Of a stretch of DNA of 64,000 nt, positions 21,428-31,744 are shown one piece after another. The notes beneath the pieces were generated by a model. The model saw nothing but the letters and a program-made list of their open reading frames with translations. It ran no database searches and had not been told where the DNA came from. Positions within the stretch are counted from its first letter, which is position 1; every line of letters starts with the position of its first letter. Source of the DNA: Vicinamibacterales bacterium. Lineage in GTDB: Bacteria; Acidobacteriota; Vicinamibacteria; Vicinamibacterales; CAVVIG01. Where the stretch lies: the NCBI GenBank assembly GCA_036489235.1, contig DASXGC010000031.1, positions 13 to 64,012 of the forward strand, written 5' to 3'. A program made the translations under genes and the position numbers.

Positions 21428-22414
21428 ATGGTCCGCCGATTGACCGGCCGGCATGCGTGGCTGGTGGCGTGCGCCGCCCTGTTCGCCGCGACGATGGCAG
21501 TGCCCGCTTCAGCCCAGTCAACAGGAATGATTCGGGGCATTGTAAAAGACGCCACCGGCAAACCTGTCGAAGGCGCGAAGGTTTCGATTGACGCCGACGG
21601 CAACAGCCGCCATTTCGAAACCAAGACCGACAAGAAGGGCGAGTTCATCCAGATTGGCCTGACGCCAGGCACCTACAAGGTAACCGGCGAGAAGGACAAG
21701 GTCGTCTCGGCGCCGGCCACGCTGTCCGTGCGGATCGCGCCGGGCAATCCTGTCACTCTGGTTCTCGGCGCCGGTGGTGCGGCCGGGGCATCACCTGAGG
21801 CAGCCGCGAAAGCCGCGGAGTTGAAGAAGACCTTCGAAGAGGGCGTGGCAGACAGCCGCGCCGGCAATCACGCGTCGGCAGTCACCAAGTTTACGCATGC
21901 CGCCGAGTTGAACGAGAGATGCGCCGACTGCTACTACAACATCGCCTATTCCGAGAACCAGTTGAAGGAGTACGAGAAGGCCGAAACGGCTTACAAGAAG
22001 GCGATCGAGCTCAAGCCTGATTACGCCGAAGCGTACAGCGGGCTGGCCAACACTTATAACGCGGAGCGCAAGTTCGATCTGGCGGCCACGGCGAGCGCGA
22101 AGGCCGTCGAACTGGCCGGCAGCGGCGGCGGCGCGGGTGGCGCCGGCAGCGCCGACGCGATGTTCAACCAGGGCGTCATCCTGTGGAACGCCGGCAAGAT
22201 TCCCGAAGCCAAAAAACAGTTCGAAGGCGCCGTCGCGGCGAATCCGAGTCACGCCGAGTCGCACTTTCAACTCGGCATGACGCTGGTAAATGAAGGTACT
22301 CCCGAGGCCCTCGCCTCTGCTCGGACTGAGTTCGAGACCTATCTCAAACTCGCGCCGGACGGCCCGAGCGCAGCAACCGCGAAGGCGGTTTTAGGTTCGT
22401 TGCCGAAGAAGTAG
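21428..22414 (+). CDS. Secreted CarboxypepD_reg-like domain plus TPR-repeat protein
   Basis: AGGAGG lies 6 nt upstream of ATG 21428. Signal peptide is '...AVPASAQS'. 'GIVKDATGKPVEGAKVSI' is the carboxypeptidase-regulatory-like fold signature, followed by TPR-like 'YYNIAYSENQLKEYEKAETAYKKAIELKPDYAEAY'. Confidence 0.8.
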   Translation: MVRRLTGRHAWLVACAALFAATMAVPASAQSTGMIRGIVKDATGKPVEGAKVSIDADGNSRHFETKTDKKGEFIQIGLTPGTYKVTGEKDKVVSAPATLSVRIAPGNPVTLVLGAGGAAGASPEAAAKAAELKKTFEEGVADSRAGNHASAVTKFTHAAELNERCADCYYNIAYSENQLKEYEKAETAYKKAIELKPDYAEAYSGLANTYNAERKFDLAATASAKAVELAGSGGGAGGAGSADAMFNQGVILWNAGKIPEAKKQFEGAVAANPSHAESHFQLGMTLVNEGTPEALASARTEFETYLKLAPDGPSAATAKAVLGSLPKK

Positions 22415-23118
22415 TGTCCGACGCCGCCGCGCTCCAGACCCGGCTGGCCGATGTCCGCGCTCGAATCGCGCGGGCTGCCGGCCGGGCCGGTCGCGACCCC
22501 GCCGCTGTTCGTCTCGTCGCCGTCTCCAAGACATTTCCCGTCGAATTCGTTCGCGTCGCCGCCGAAGCCGGGCAGATCGATTTCGGCGAGAACAAAGTCC
22601 AGGAAGCGCTCCAGAAAATGGACCGGACCGCCGATCTCGACATCCGCTGGCACCTCGTCGGCCACCTGCAATCGAATAAGGCCAAAACGGCCGGCCGCTT
22701 CGACGTGGTGCATTCGATCGACAGTGCTGCGTTGCTGCGCAAGGTAGACGACGCGGCGTCCGCCGCGGGGCGGCACACGGAGCTGCTGCTGCAGGTGGAT
22801 CTCGCCGGAGAGGCGACCAAGCACGGCGCCCATACTGACGAGCTGATGAATATTATCGACGCCGCCCATCAGGCGAAAATGGCGCGAATGGTTGGGTTGA
22901 TGCTGCTCCCGCCAGCCGTCGATACACCGGAGCAGGCGCGGCCGTACTTCCGCAGCCTGCGCGAAGTCCGCGACGACCTGCTGGCGCGGGGAGTTGAATC
23001 GTCACTCCTGCAGCAGCTGTCCATGGGGATGAGCCACGATTTCGAGGTCGCCGTCGAAGAAGGCGCGACACTGGTCCGCGTCGGCACCGCCATTTTTGGG
23101 AGCCGTACTTATGTTTGA
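22414..23118 (+). CDS. yggS: YggS-family pyridoxal-phosphate homeostasis protein
   Basis: 'LVAVSKTFP', 'FGENKVQE', 'WHLVGHLQSNK' and 'LSMGMSHDFEVAVEEGATLVRVGTAIFG' match. Confidence 0.9.
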   Translation: MSDAAALQTRLADVRARIARAAGRAGRDPAAVRLVAVSKTFPVEFVRVAAEAGQIDFGENKVQEALQKMDRTADLDIRWHLVGHLQSNKAKTAGRFDVVHSIDSAALLRKVDDAASAAGRHTELLLQVDLAGEATKHGAHTDELMNIIDAAHQAKMARMVGLMLLPPAVDTPEQARPYFRSLREVRDDLLARGVESSLLQQLSMGMSHDFEVAVEEGATLVRVGTAIFGSRTYV

Positions 23119-23179
23119 CCCAGCTCTGTCGCCAGCCCGGCCAGCGACCGATAAACCTGAGCGGGGAGAAGCATCGACA

Positions 23180-23728
23180 ATGAATGTCAGTCCACTCGAT
23201 CTGCGCCAGCAGCGATTCAGAAAGTCATTCCGTGGGTACGACCCCGTTGAGGTCACCTCGTTTCTGGCCGCCGTCGCCGAGGACTACGAACAGGCGCTGC
23301 GCGAGACCGACCGGTTCCGCCAGGAGCTGATGCGCTCGGAAGCCGTGCTCAACGAGCATCGCGAACACGAGAAAAATCTCCAGAACACGATGACCACGGC
23401 GCAGAAGCTGTCCGACGACATCCGGGCCGGCGCCGAGGTCGAGGCCAAGCGAATCATCCGCGAGGCCGAGGGCCGCTCCGATTTGCTGCTCGAGAAGACG
23501 CAGGCTCGCCTCGAGGACATTCAGCGCGAGATCGACGGCCTCAAACTGAAGCGCAAGGACGTGGAAATCTCGATCGAAGCCAATATCGCCACGTTGCGCA
23601 ATACACTGGAATTCGTCCGCGAGCAGGAAGCCCGCGAGCGCGACGAAAAGATTCTGCTCCACCGCCCCCGCATCGTTGAATCGCAGGACAGCCGGGACGC
23701 TCACGAATCGCGCAAGATCAGCGGGTAG
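23180..23728 (+). CDS. divIVA: DivIVA-domain protein
   Basis: 'SPLDLRQQRFRKSFRGYDPVEVTSFL' is the canonical DivIVA N-terminus, followed by coiled coil. ATG 23180 has 'ggggaga' upstream. Confidence 0.85.
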   Translation: MNVSPLDLRQQRFRKSFRGYDPVEVTSFLAAVAEDYEQALRETDRFRQELMRSEAVLNEHREHEKNLQNTMTTAQKLSDDIRAGAEVEAKRIIREAEGRSDLLLEKTQARLEDIQREIDGLKLKRKDVEISIEANIATLRNTLEFVREQEARERDEKILLHRPRIVESQDSRDAHESRKISG

Positions 23729-23769
23729 CCGCGTCGAACCGGTCCGCTTCCCCGCCCTACAATAGGGGC

Positions 23770-25020
23770 GTGGTTGCGGACGTCCTGATTCACAACACCT
23801 CCGAAATCCTGACCTGTGCAGGACCCGCGCCTCGTATCGGCCGGCGTCAAGGCGACGCCGGCGCGCGGCCCCGGGCCTGCGTCGCATCCTTCCACGGTAC
23901 GATCGTGTTCGTCGGCACCGATGCGGACTGGGCGAGACACGGCAGCCTGATCGCCGACGCTCGCGTCATCGATGCGGAAAACCGGGCGGTGGTGCCCGGC
24001 TTTGTCGACCCCCATACCCACGCGGCGTTCGCCGGAGACCGGAGCGGCGAGCTGCGTCAGCGGCTTGCTGGCGCGACCTACGCCGAGATCGCTGCGAACG
24101 GCGGCGGCATCGTCTCGAGCGTCAACGCCACACGGGCCGCGGGCGCCGACGAAATCGCGACCGGAACGCGCGAGCGCCTCGACGAGATGCTGCGATGCGG
24201 CACCACGACCTGCGAAGTCAAGAGCGGCTACGGGCTGAGCACGGAAGCCGAGCTGAAAACGCTGCGCGTCATTCGCGCGCTGGCCGGGGACCACCCGATC
24301 GAGATCGCGCCGACCTTCATGGGGGCGCACGAGATCCCGCCCGAGTATCGAAACGATCGACGGCGCTACATCGACCTCTTGATCGAGGAGATGATGCCGG
24401 CCGTCGCACTCGAGCGGCTCGCCGAGTGGTGCGACGTCTTCTGCGAGCGCGGCGTCTTCACGCCGGACGAATCGACGGCAATTCTGACCGCCGGCCGTCG
24501 CGCCGGAATGCAGCTGCGGATCCACGCCGACGAACTCGGTGCGACCGGCGGATCGCGGGTGGCGGCTGATCTCGGCGTTCGCTCGGCGGATCATCTGATC
24601 TATGTTGACGAGGCGGGCGCGGACGGTCTGGCGGCGGCAGGCGTGGTGGCGACTCTCCTCCCCATCGCCGCGCTCTACCTGAAACTCGGTCGATTTGCGC
24701 CAGCGCGGATGCTGATCGGTCGCGGCGTCGCGGTGGCCCTGGCGACCGACGTCAACCCCGGCGGCGGCTTCTCACCATCGATGCCGTTCTCGATGACGCT
24801 GGCCTGTTTCGCCATGGGATTGACCTTCGAAGAAGCGCTGGTGGCGGCGACGCTCAACGCCGCCTACGCGCTCGACCGGCACGAACGAGTCGGCAGTCTG
24901 GAAGTCGGCAAACAGCTGGACGCGGTGATCGTCAACGGCCCTGCCATCGATCTGATGCGGGTCGGCGCACCCATCATTCACACTGTAATCAAGAAGGGAC
25001 GGATCGTTCATGCTGGTTGA
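23770..25020 (+). CDS. hutI: Imidazolonepropionase
   Basis: 'VPGFVDPHTHAAFAGDR', 'GGGIVSSVNATRAA', 'KSGYGL' and 'HADE' match the amidohydrolase HutI pattern. GTG start. Confidence 0.9.
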   Translation: MVADVLIHNTSEILTCAGPAPRIGRRQGDAGARPRACVASFHGTIVFVGTDADWARHGSLIADARVIDAENRAVVPGFVDPHTHAAFAGDRSGELRQRLAGATYAEIAANGGGIVSSVNATRAAGADEIATGTRERLDEMLRCGTTTCEVKSGYGLSTEAELKTLRVIRALAGDHPIEIAPTFMGAHEIPPEYRNDRRRYIDLLIEEMMPAVALERLAEWCDVFCERGVFTPDESTAILTAGRRAGMQLRIHADELGATGGSRVAADLGVRSADHLIYVDEAGADGLAAAGVVATLLPIAALYLKLGRFAPARMLIGRGVAVALATDVNPGGGFSPSMPFSMTLACFAMGLTFEEALVAATLNAAYALDRHERVGSLEVGKQLDAVIVNGPAIDLMRVGAPIIHTVIKKGRIVHAG

Positions 25021-25630
25021 TCGCAGTGCCCGCGATCTGCTCGAGGCATTCAGTTCATCGAATCCCACACCGGGCGGCGGATCAGCGGCAGCGCTGGCCT
25101 CCGCATTGGGAGCGTCGCTGCTGATGATGGTGGCGTCGCTGCCGAAGACCCGCAGCGGATCCGACGAAGACCGGACGGCGCTTACTGCATCGGCGGCGGT
25201 ACTGGCTGGTCTGCGTGAGGAACTGACCGACGCCATCGACGCCGATACGACTGCCTACATGCTGGTCGTGGCGTCCTACAAGCTGCCCAAGGCATCGAGG
25301 GAGGAAAAGGAGTCGCGGCAGGCGTCGATCCAGGCGGCGCTGCGGGCGGCCACTGACGTACCGCTGACCGTCATGCGTCTGTCTGCGCTGGCGCTCGAGG
25401 AGGCGGTCCACGTCGCGGGGCACGGCCATCGGCCGGCGGTCAGCGACGTCGGCGTCGCCATTGGACTGTTACGTGCCGGTCTGCACGGTGCCCGGCTGAA
25501 CGCCGAGATCAACACCGACAGCCTGTCCGACGCGGCCTATGTCGGCAGTGCGAAGCTGGACGTGGGGCGCTGGCGTGAACGGGGATCGCAGGCCGCCGAT
25601 GCTGCCGATTTGCGGCTCGGCGAGAAATGA
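25010..25630 (+). CDS. Cyclodeaminase/cyclohydrolase family protein (formiminotetrahydrofolate cyclodeaminase-like)
   Basis: 'SSNPTPGGGSAAALASALGASLLMMVASL' is the family signature. There is an 11-nt overlap with hutI. Confidence 0.8.
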   Translation: MLVDRSARDLLEAFSSSNPTPGGGSAAALASALGASLLMMVASLPKTRSGSDEDRTALTASAAVLAGLREELTDAIDADTTAYMLVVASYKLPKASREEKESRQASIQAALRAATDVPLTVMRLSALALEEAVHVAGHGHRPAVSDVGVAIGLLRAGLHGARLNAEINTDSLSDAAYVGSAKLDVGRWRERGSQAADAADLRLGEK

Positions 25631-25634
25631 TGCG

Positions 25635-25988
25635 CTACGGCTTGGCTGAGATCTCGGAGAAGGTGTCCACGTGCACCTCGAAGGTCCACGGATAAATGAC
25701 GCGCGGAAACAGCTCGATCTGCTCCTGGTAGGTCCCATCGACGTAGGTGTGCTGCGGCATCCCGGTATCGCGACGCACATTCAGATTGTCGTCGGTAATT
25801 GGCACCGAGTACTGCGAAGCGATGTCGAGCACGCGGCGCTCGAGCTGCGGGGGTGACAACGTGGTGCTGAACTGCGAGGCCTGGTTCACGGCGTCCTTGA
25901 ACCTGAAGTAGGTCAACCAGACCGACGCCACATGCCAGCCGGCGTTGGCGATGGCCGCGGTGAGCAGCAGCTTCAGGATCGTCTTCAT
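25635..25988 (-). CDS. Hypothetical small exported/membrane-anchored protein
   Basis: N-terminal hydrophobic segment MKTILKLLLTAAIANAGW. It starts 3 nt after the lepB stop on the same strand. No family recognised. Confidence 0.55.
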   Translation of the reverse strand: MKTILKLLLTAAIANAGWHVASVWLTYFRFKDAVNQASQFSTTLSPPQLERRVLDIASQYSVPITDDNLNVRRDTGMPQHTYVDGTYQEQIELFPRVIYPWTFEVHVDTFSEISAKP

Positions 25989-25990
25989 GA

Positions 25991-26692
25991 CTAGTGAATC
26001 TGGTGAAACATCCGGTCCCAGCGCGTGCGCGTGAAGAAGTGCACGAAGACCGAGACCAGGCCTTTGACCGTCGCGCTGGCGCTCTCGTCCTGGTAGTCTT
26101 CGCGGTCCGATTCGTACGACCAGTAAATCACCAGCGCCTTGCCCTTGATGTAGTCGCGCCGCAGGAAGCCCCAGTAGCGGCTGTCGGCGGAATTGTCGCG
26201 ATTGTCACCCATCATGAAGTACTGATCGGCGGGAACCGTGACCGGTCCGTAGCGTTCGCGGACATCGAACGACGTGACCTCGTGAAGATCGCCGCCGGCG
26301 CCTGGCGGCTGGAGAAAGTGCACGTACGGTTCGTCGAGCGGCTGGCCGTTGATGTAGACCTTTTTCTCGCGCAGCTCGACGGTCTCGCCCGGCAGTCCGA
26401 TTACGCGTTTGATGAAGTCGCGGTCGGGCTCTTCCGGGTACTTGAACACCAGGACGTCGCGCCGCTTGATCGTGGTCACCGGCAGCAGCGTGCGCTCCAG
26501 ACCGGACTCGGTCGGCCCGAGCGCGAACTTGTTCACCAGCAGGTGATCGCCGATGAGGAGGTTGTTCTCCATCGATCCGGTCGGGATCTTGAACGCCTGC
26601 ACCACGAAGGTGCGTATGAACAACGCCAGAATCACCGCGATCACGATCGACTCGAAATACTCGCGGACCGTCGACTTCTTGAATTCAGCCAT
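25991..26692 (-). CDS. lepB: Signal peptidase I
   Basis: 'IPTGSMENNLLIGDHLLVNK' (catalytic Ser box), 'KRVIGLPGE' and 'GDNRDNSADSRYWG' match. Confidence 0.93.
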   Translation of the reverse strand: MAEFKKSTVREYFESIVIAVILALFIRTFVVQAFKIPTGSMENNLLIGDHLLVNKFALGPTESGLERTLLPVTTIKRRDVLVFKYPEEPDRDFIKRVIGLPGETVELREKKVYINGQPLDEPYVHFLQPPGAGGDLHEVTSFDVRERYGPVTVPADQYFMMGDNRDNSADSRYWGFLRRDYIKGKALVIYWSYESDREDYQDESASATVKGLVSVFVHFFTRTRWDRMFHQIH

Positions 26693-26763
26693 TCCGCCTC
26701 CGCTCGCCCACCGACGGGCGAGCTACGGCGAGACTCGCCAAAGCGCCGAAGACGCGACGGCGG

Positions 26764-26798
26764 TAGCCATCAGCCATCAGCCATGAGCCATCAACCGC
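26764..26798 (-). repeat. RATGGCT heptamer array, 5 units (sense orientation on the minus strand)
   Basis: The plus strand reads 'tagccat cagccat cagccat gagccat caaccgc'. The array starts 4 nt after the lepA stop codon (26803-26805) in lepA orientation. Confidence 0.85.
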
Positions 26799-26802
26799 GG
26801 CC

Positions 26803-28611
<1,809 letters not shown>

Positions 28612-28698
28612 GAAGTGGGTGAGAGACTGATGATCGTAGCAGAGGACTCTTTCCGGATCCTCTTGACGGTTGACCTATTTAGGACTTAATATGACTAT

Positions 28699-29253
28699 AT
28701 GGCTCTTCGTGACCCGCTGACTGGCCTCCCGCCTCGCTCGCCGGACGGTTCTGCGGATTCCGAGAATGCCTTGCAGGCCGAATTGTCGGCGATGCGCGAT
28801 ATCGCCCTGGTCCTGGCTGAACTGGACGAAACGACCCGGGCCCGCGTGATCAAATGGGCGACCGAACGATTCGGCCGATCGCCGGCTGTCCCTACCCAGC
28901 CGCAGACTATCCCCGTCAACAGCGATCGCGCGGCAGTCACGGCGCCGATCGACCCGATTGACGCGCTCTCGGTCGACAGCCTCGACGATCTGTTCGACGA
29001 AGTCGCTCCGAAAGCGCCGCATCTCTCGTCGCTGGACGTGGACGATGCGATTGACGGTCCGGGCGAATCGGTAGCCGGAATGGTCCACGAGTTCGTCACC
29101 GAGTTTCAGGAAATCGTGCGGCAATGGAACGGCGCCTGCGACGAGGCCACGGCGCGGCCGGTCGCCGAGCCCGCGGCGGCGCCTGCCGCCGAGCCGCGCC
29201 TCTCGCTCGTCACCAAACGGCCTGGCGGTCAGCGGACATCCAGCGCCGTATAG
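28699..29253 (+). CDS. Hypothetical acidic, probably disordered protein
   Basis: ORF only, with no recognisable family. Codon pattern is plausible. It overlaps the convergent citrate synthase 3' end by 25 nt. Confidence 0.4.
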   Translation: MALRDPLTGLPPRSPDGSADSENALQAELSAMRDIALVLAELDETTRARVIKWATERFGRSPAVPTQPQTIPVNSDRAAVTAPIDPIDALSVDSLDDLFDEVAPKAPHLSSLDVDDAIDGPGESVAGMVHEFVTEFQEIVRQWNGACDEATARPVAEPAAAPAAEPRLSLVTKRPGGQRTSSAV

Positions 29254-30368
29254 CGCTGCGGATACTCCGGCCCGATGTATTCGGCGCGAGGCCGGATCAG
29301 CCGGTTGTTGGCATACTGCTCGAGCACGTGGGCGGTCCAGCCCGACACACGACTCACTGCGAAGATCGGCGTAAACAAATCGGTGTCGATGCCGAGCGAG
29401 TGATACGTCGACGCTGAATAAAAGTCGACGTTGGCGTTCAGCTTCTTCTCGGCCTTGACCAGCGCTTCGATGCGCTGCGACATGTCAAACCAGATCGGCT
29501 GTCCGGCACGCTGACCGAGATCGCGCGACATCTGCCGCAGATGTGTCGCCCGCGGATCCTCGGTGTGATACACGCGGTGTCCGAAGCCGGGGATTTTCTC
29601 CTTCCGCGCGAGCTTGGCCCGCACCACTTCTTCGGCCTTTTCCGGCGATCCGCCCTCCCCGATTTCGAGCAGCAGCCGCATCACGTCGGCATTGGCGCCG
29701 CCGTGCAGCGGTCCCTTCAGCGTTCCAACCGCCGCGACGATGGTCGAGTGGATGTCGGTGAGGGTGGCGGCAGCCACGCGCGCGGCGAAGGTGGACGCAT
29801 TCAGCTCGTGATCGGCGTGCAGAATCAGCGCGACGTCGAAGGCGTGGGTCGCCAGACCACTCGGACGCTCACCGGTCAGCATGTAGAGGAAATTTGCCGC
29901 GTGTCCCAGAACCGGATCGGGCGCGATCGGACTCAGCCCCTTGCTCATCCTGCCGATCGCCGCCACCAGCGAGCTGATCTGCGAGGTGATCCGCACCGCC
30001 TTGCGATAGTTCGCCTGCGATGAGCTTTCCGCCGCGTCGACGTCGTAGTGCCCCAGCGCGGACGTCAGCGTCCGCAGCAGATCCATCCCGTTTCCGGCCG
30101 GCAGTGACCTGGCGATCCGCAGGACCCCTTCCGGTATCGCCCGTGACGCCACCAGCTGCGACTGCAGATCGCCCAGCTCCGCGCGCGTCGGCAGTCGCCG
30201 GTGCCATAGCAGATAGCACACCTCTTCGAACGTGGCGTGACCAGCCAGATCGTGAATGTCGTACCCGCAGTAGGCCAGCACGCCGCGATCGCCATCGAGA
30301 TAGCAGATGGCAGATGACGTGGCGACGGTATCTTCGAGGCCCGCTTTAGGTTTGTCTGGCGGCGTCAT
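29229..30368 (-). CDS. gltA: Citrate synthase (short, ~380-aa type; could be 2-methylcitrate synthase)
   Basis: 'LILHADHELNASTFAARV', 'GPLHGGAN', 'GFGHRVY' and 'DFYSAS' match. Confidence 0.92.
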   Translation of the reverse strand: MTPPDKPKAGLEDTVATSSAICYLDGDRGVLAYCGYDIHDLAGHATFEEVCYLLWHRRLPTRAELGDLQSQLVASRAIPEGVLRIARSLPAGNGMDLLRTLTSALGHYDVDAAESSSQANYRKAVRITSQISSLVAAIGRMSKGLSPIAPDPVLGHAANFLYMLTGERPSGLATHAFDVALILHADHELNASTFAARVAAATLTDIHSTIVAAVGTLKGPLHGGANADVMRLLLEIGEGGSPEKAEEVVRAKLARKEKIPGFGHRVYHTEDPRATHLRQMSRDLGQRAGQPIWFDMSQRIEALVKAEKKLNANVDFYSASTYHSLGIDTDLFTPIFAVSRVSGWTAHVLEQYANNRLIRPRAEYIGPEYPQRYTALDVR

Positions 30369-30393
30369 GGTTTTCGATGATAACTCAATGAGG

Positions 30394-30469
30394 ATGGTGC
30401 GAGGTGCGAAGTGCTTCGTGCTTGGTGCGGGTGCTTGGTGCGAGGTGCTGAGAGCGAGGCGCTGGGCAC
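30394..30469 (-). repeat. NNGGTGC heptamer array, ~11 units (minus sense GCACCNN)
   Basis: 'atggtgc gaggtgc gaagtgc ttcgtgc ttggtgc gggtgc ttggtgc gaggtgc tgagagc gaggcgc tgggcac'. The array lies 26-101 nt upstream of the gltA ATG in the leader/promoter region. It is single-armed, with no inverted partner. Confidence 0.8.
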
Positions 30470-30570
30470 GGCTCTTCAGGACCTGTGCCGCGGCCCTTTC
30501 ACGGCGGCGTGACGCTGCGCGTCGTGGGGCGCCGCGCTTCTCGCCCGGTGCTGCATCATGCGAAAGCGCG

Positions 30571-31740
30571 CTAGTGCAGGCGCGCAGACGCTGACGCGAT
30601 AGTGCCGGACGCTGCCGGCAGATCGGGCGGCGCGCCCTGCGGTCCGTATTCGGCGTAGCGCAGGAACATCTGTCCCCACGCGGTGGTCTCGCACCAGCGC
30701 TCGAAGACGCGGCGATCGACCAGCGGCCAGCGGTAGAAGTCGTGGTACACGTCGCTCGCCAGGATGAAGCCGTTGACCAGCGGCGTGTGGAAGAACAGCT
30801 TCTGAAAGCGCTTCAGCGGTCCGAACCAGATCAAGTCGCCGCCGCCCATTCGCACCAGGTTCTTGCCGACGTGAAACTTCCAATTCTCGCGCGCGGCATC
30901 CGCATCACCGACGATCTCGATGTCCTTCGGATCGCCGACCCCGAGGCCGGCCTCGTGCGCCAGGCGAATGTAGTCGAGCGACATCGGATCAAATCCCATC
31001 ATCTTCGCCGACACGGCGTCGATTGCGACCTGATCGGCCGACGCCAGCATCACGTTCTTCACCACGGGGAACATCGTCCTCGGCCCGGGACCGTTGCCGG
31101 CGGTGGTGCCGTCCATGATCGCGAACAGCCCAGAGTGGATCTCTTTCTGGATCGCCAGCAGATCGACCAGCGTCTCGTGGATCCACGAGTGCGTGTAGTG
31201 ACGCCGGGTGTTGAGCAGCCCGCCGAACGCGTTCTTCATGGCGCCGGTGGTCGTCGTGTAGATATGGCACTTGGTGGTCGGCAGGTGAACGATGTTCTTG
31301 CCGAAGAAGTAGTCCGGGATGTGGATGCCTTCCGGAAAAATCCGGTCGAGGACGCGCATCTTCGCCTTGGGCCGGTACTGCACCCAGGTCATGTCCTCGT
31401 CCTTGAAGTTGTAGAGAACCGGAATCTGGTACTTCTTGAAAATCGGGACGTAGTGGTTCAGATCCTCGCCCTTGAAGGCGTTGGTGACCACCGTCTTGTT
31501 CTGCACGCAGACCTGGTCGGAGAAGCCACGGCGTGCCAGCGCCTGGATGGTTCCCTCGAGTTGCCACGGCGTCGTGTTCGCCGCCGGGAACGGAAAGTGC
31601 CAGGAGATGTTGTCTTTGAGGATTGTCGTCTTGCCGGCCGCGAGCGCGGTGGACACGCCGGCCAGCTCCACCAGCCGGTCGATATCCTTCAGGATTGTTT
31701 CGGGCGCAACGCGGATAACCGCGACTTTGGACTTTGACAA
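30571..31740 (-). CDS. DUF362 domain protein
   Basis: 'AVIRV...ILKDNISWHFP', 'HLPTTKCHIYTTTTGAMKNAFGGL' and 'IMDGTTAGNGPGP' fit DUF362. The only start between the GT2 stop (31745) and the conserved N-terminus is TTG 31740. Confidence 0.75.
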   Translation of the reverse strand: MSKSKVAVIRVAPETILKDIDRLVELAGVSTALAAGKTTILKDNISWHFPFPAANTTPWQLEGTIQALARRGFSDQVCVQNKTVVTNAFKGEDLNHYVPIFKKYQIPVLYNFKDEDMTWVQYRPKAKMRVLDRIFPEGIHIPDYFFGKNIVHLPTTKCHIYTTTTGAMKNAFGGLLNTRRHYTHSWIHETLVDLLAIQKEIHSGLFAIMDGTTAGNGPGPRTMFPVVKNVMLASADQVAIDAVSAKMMGFDPMSLDYIRLAHEAGLGVGDPKDIEIVGDADAARENWKFHVGKNLVRMGGGDLIWFGPLKRFQKLFFHTPLVNGFILASDVYHDFYRWPLVDRRVFERWCETTAWGQMFLRYAEYGPQGAPPDLPAASGTIASASARLH

Positions 31741-31744
31741 CGTG

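Noticed and set aside
28663-28701. TTGACG-17-TTAATA promoter that would make the 28699 ORF leaderless
   Set aside because: The -10 is poor, the ORF itself is of uncertain coding status, and the same AT-rich stretch could serve the divergent lepA promoter. Too speculative.
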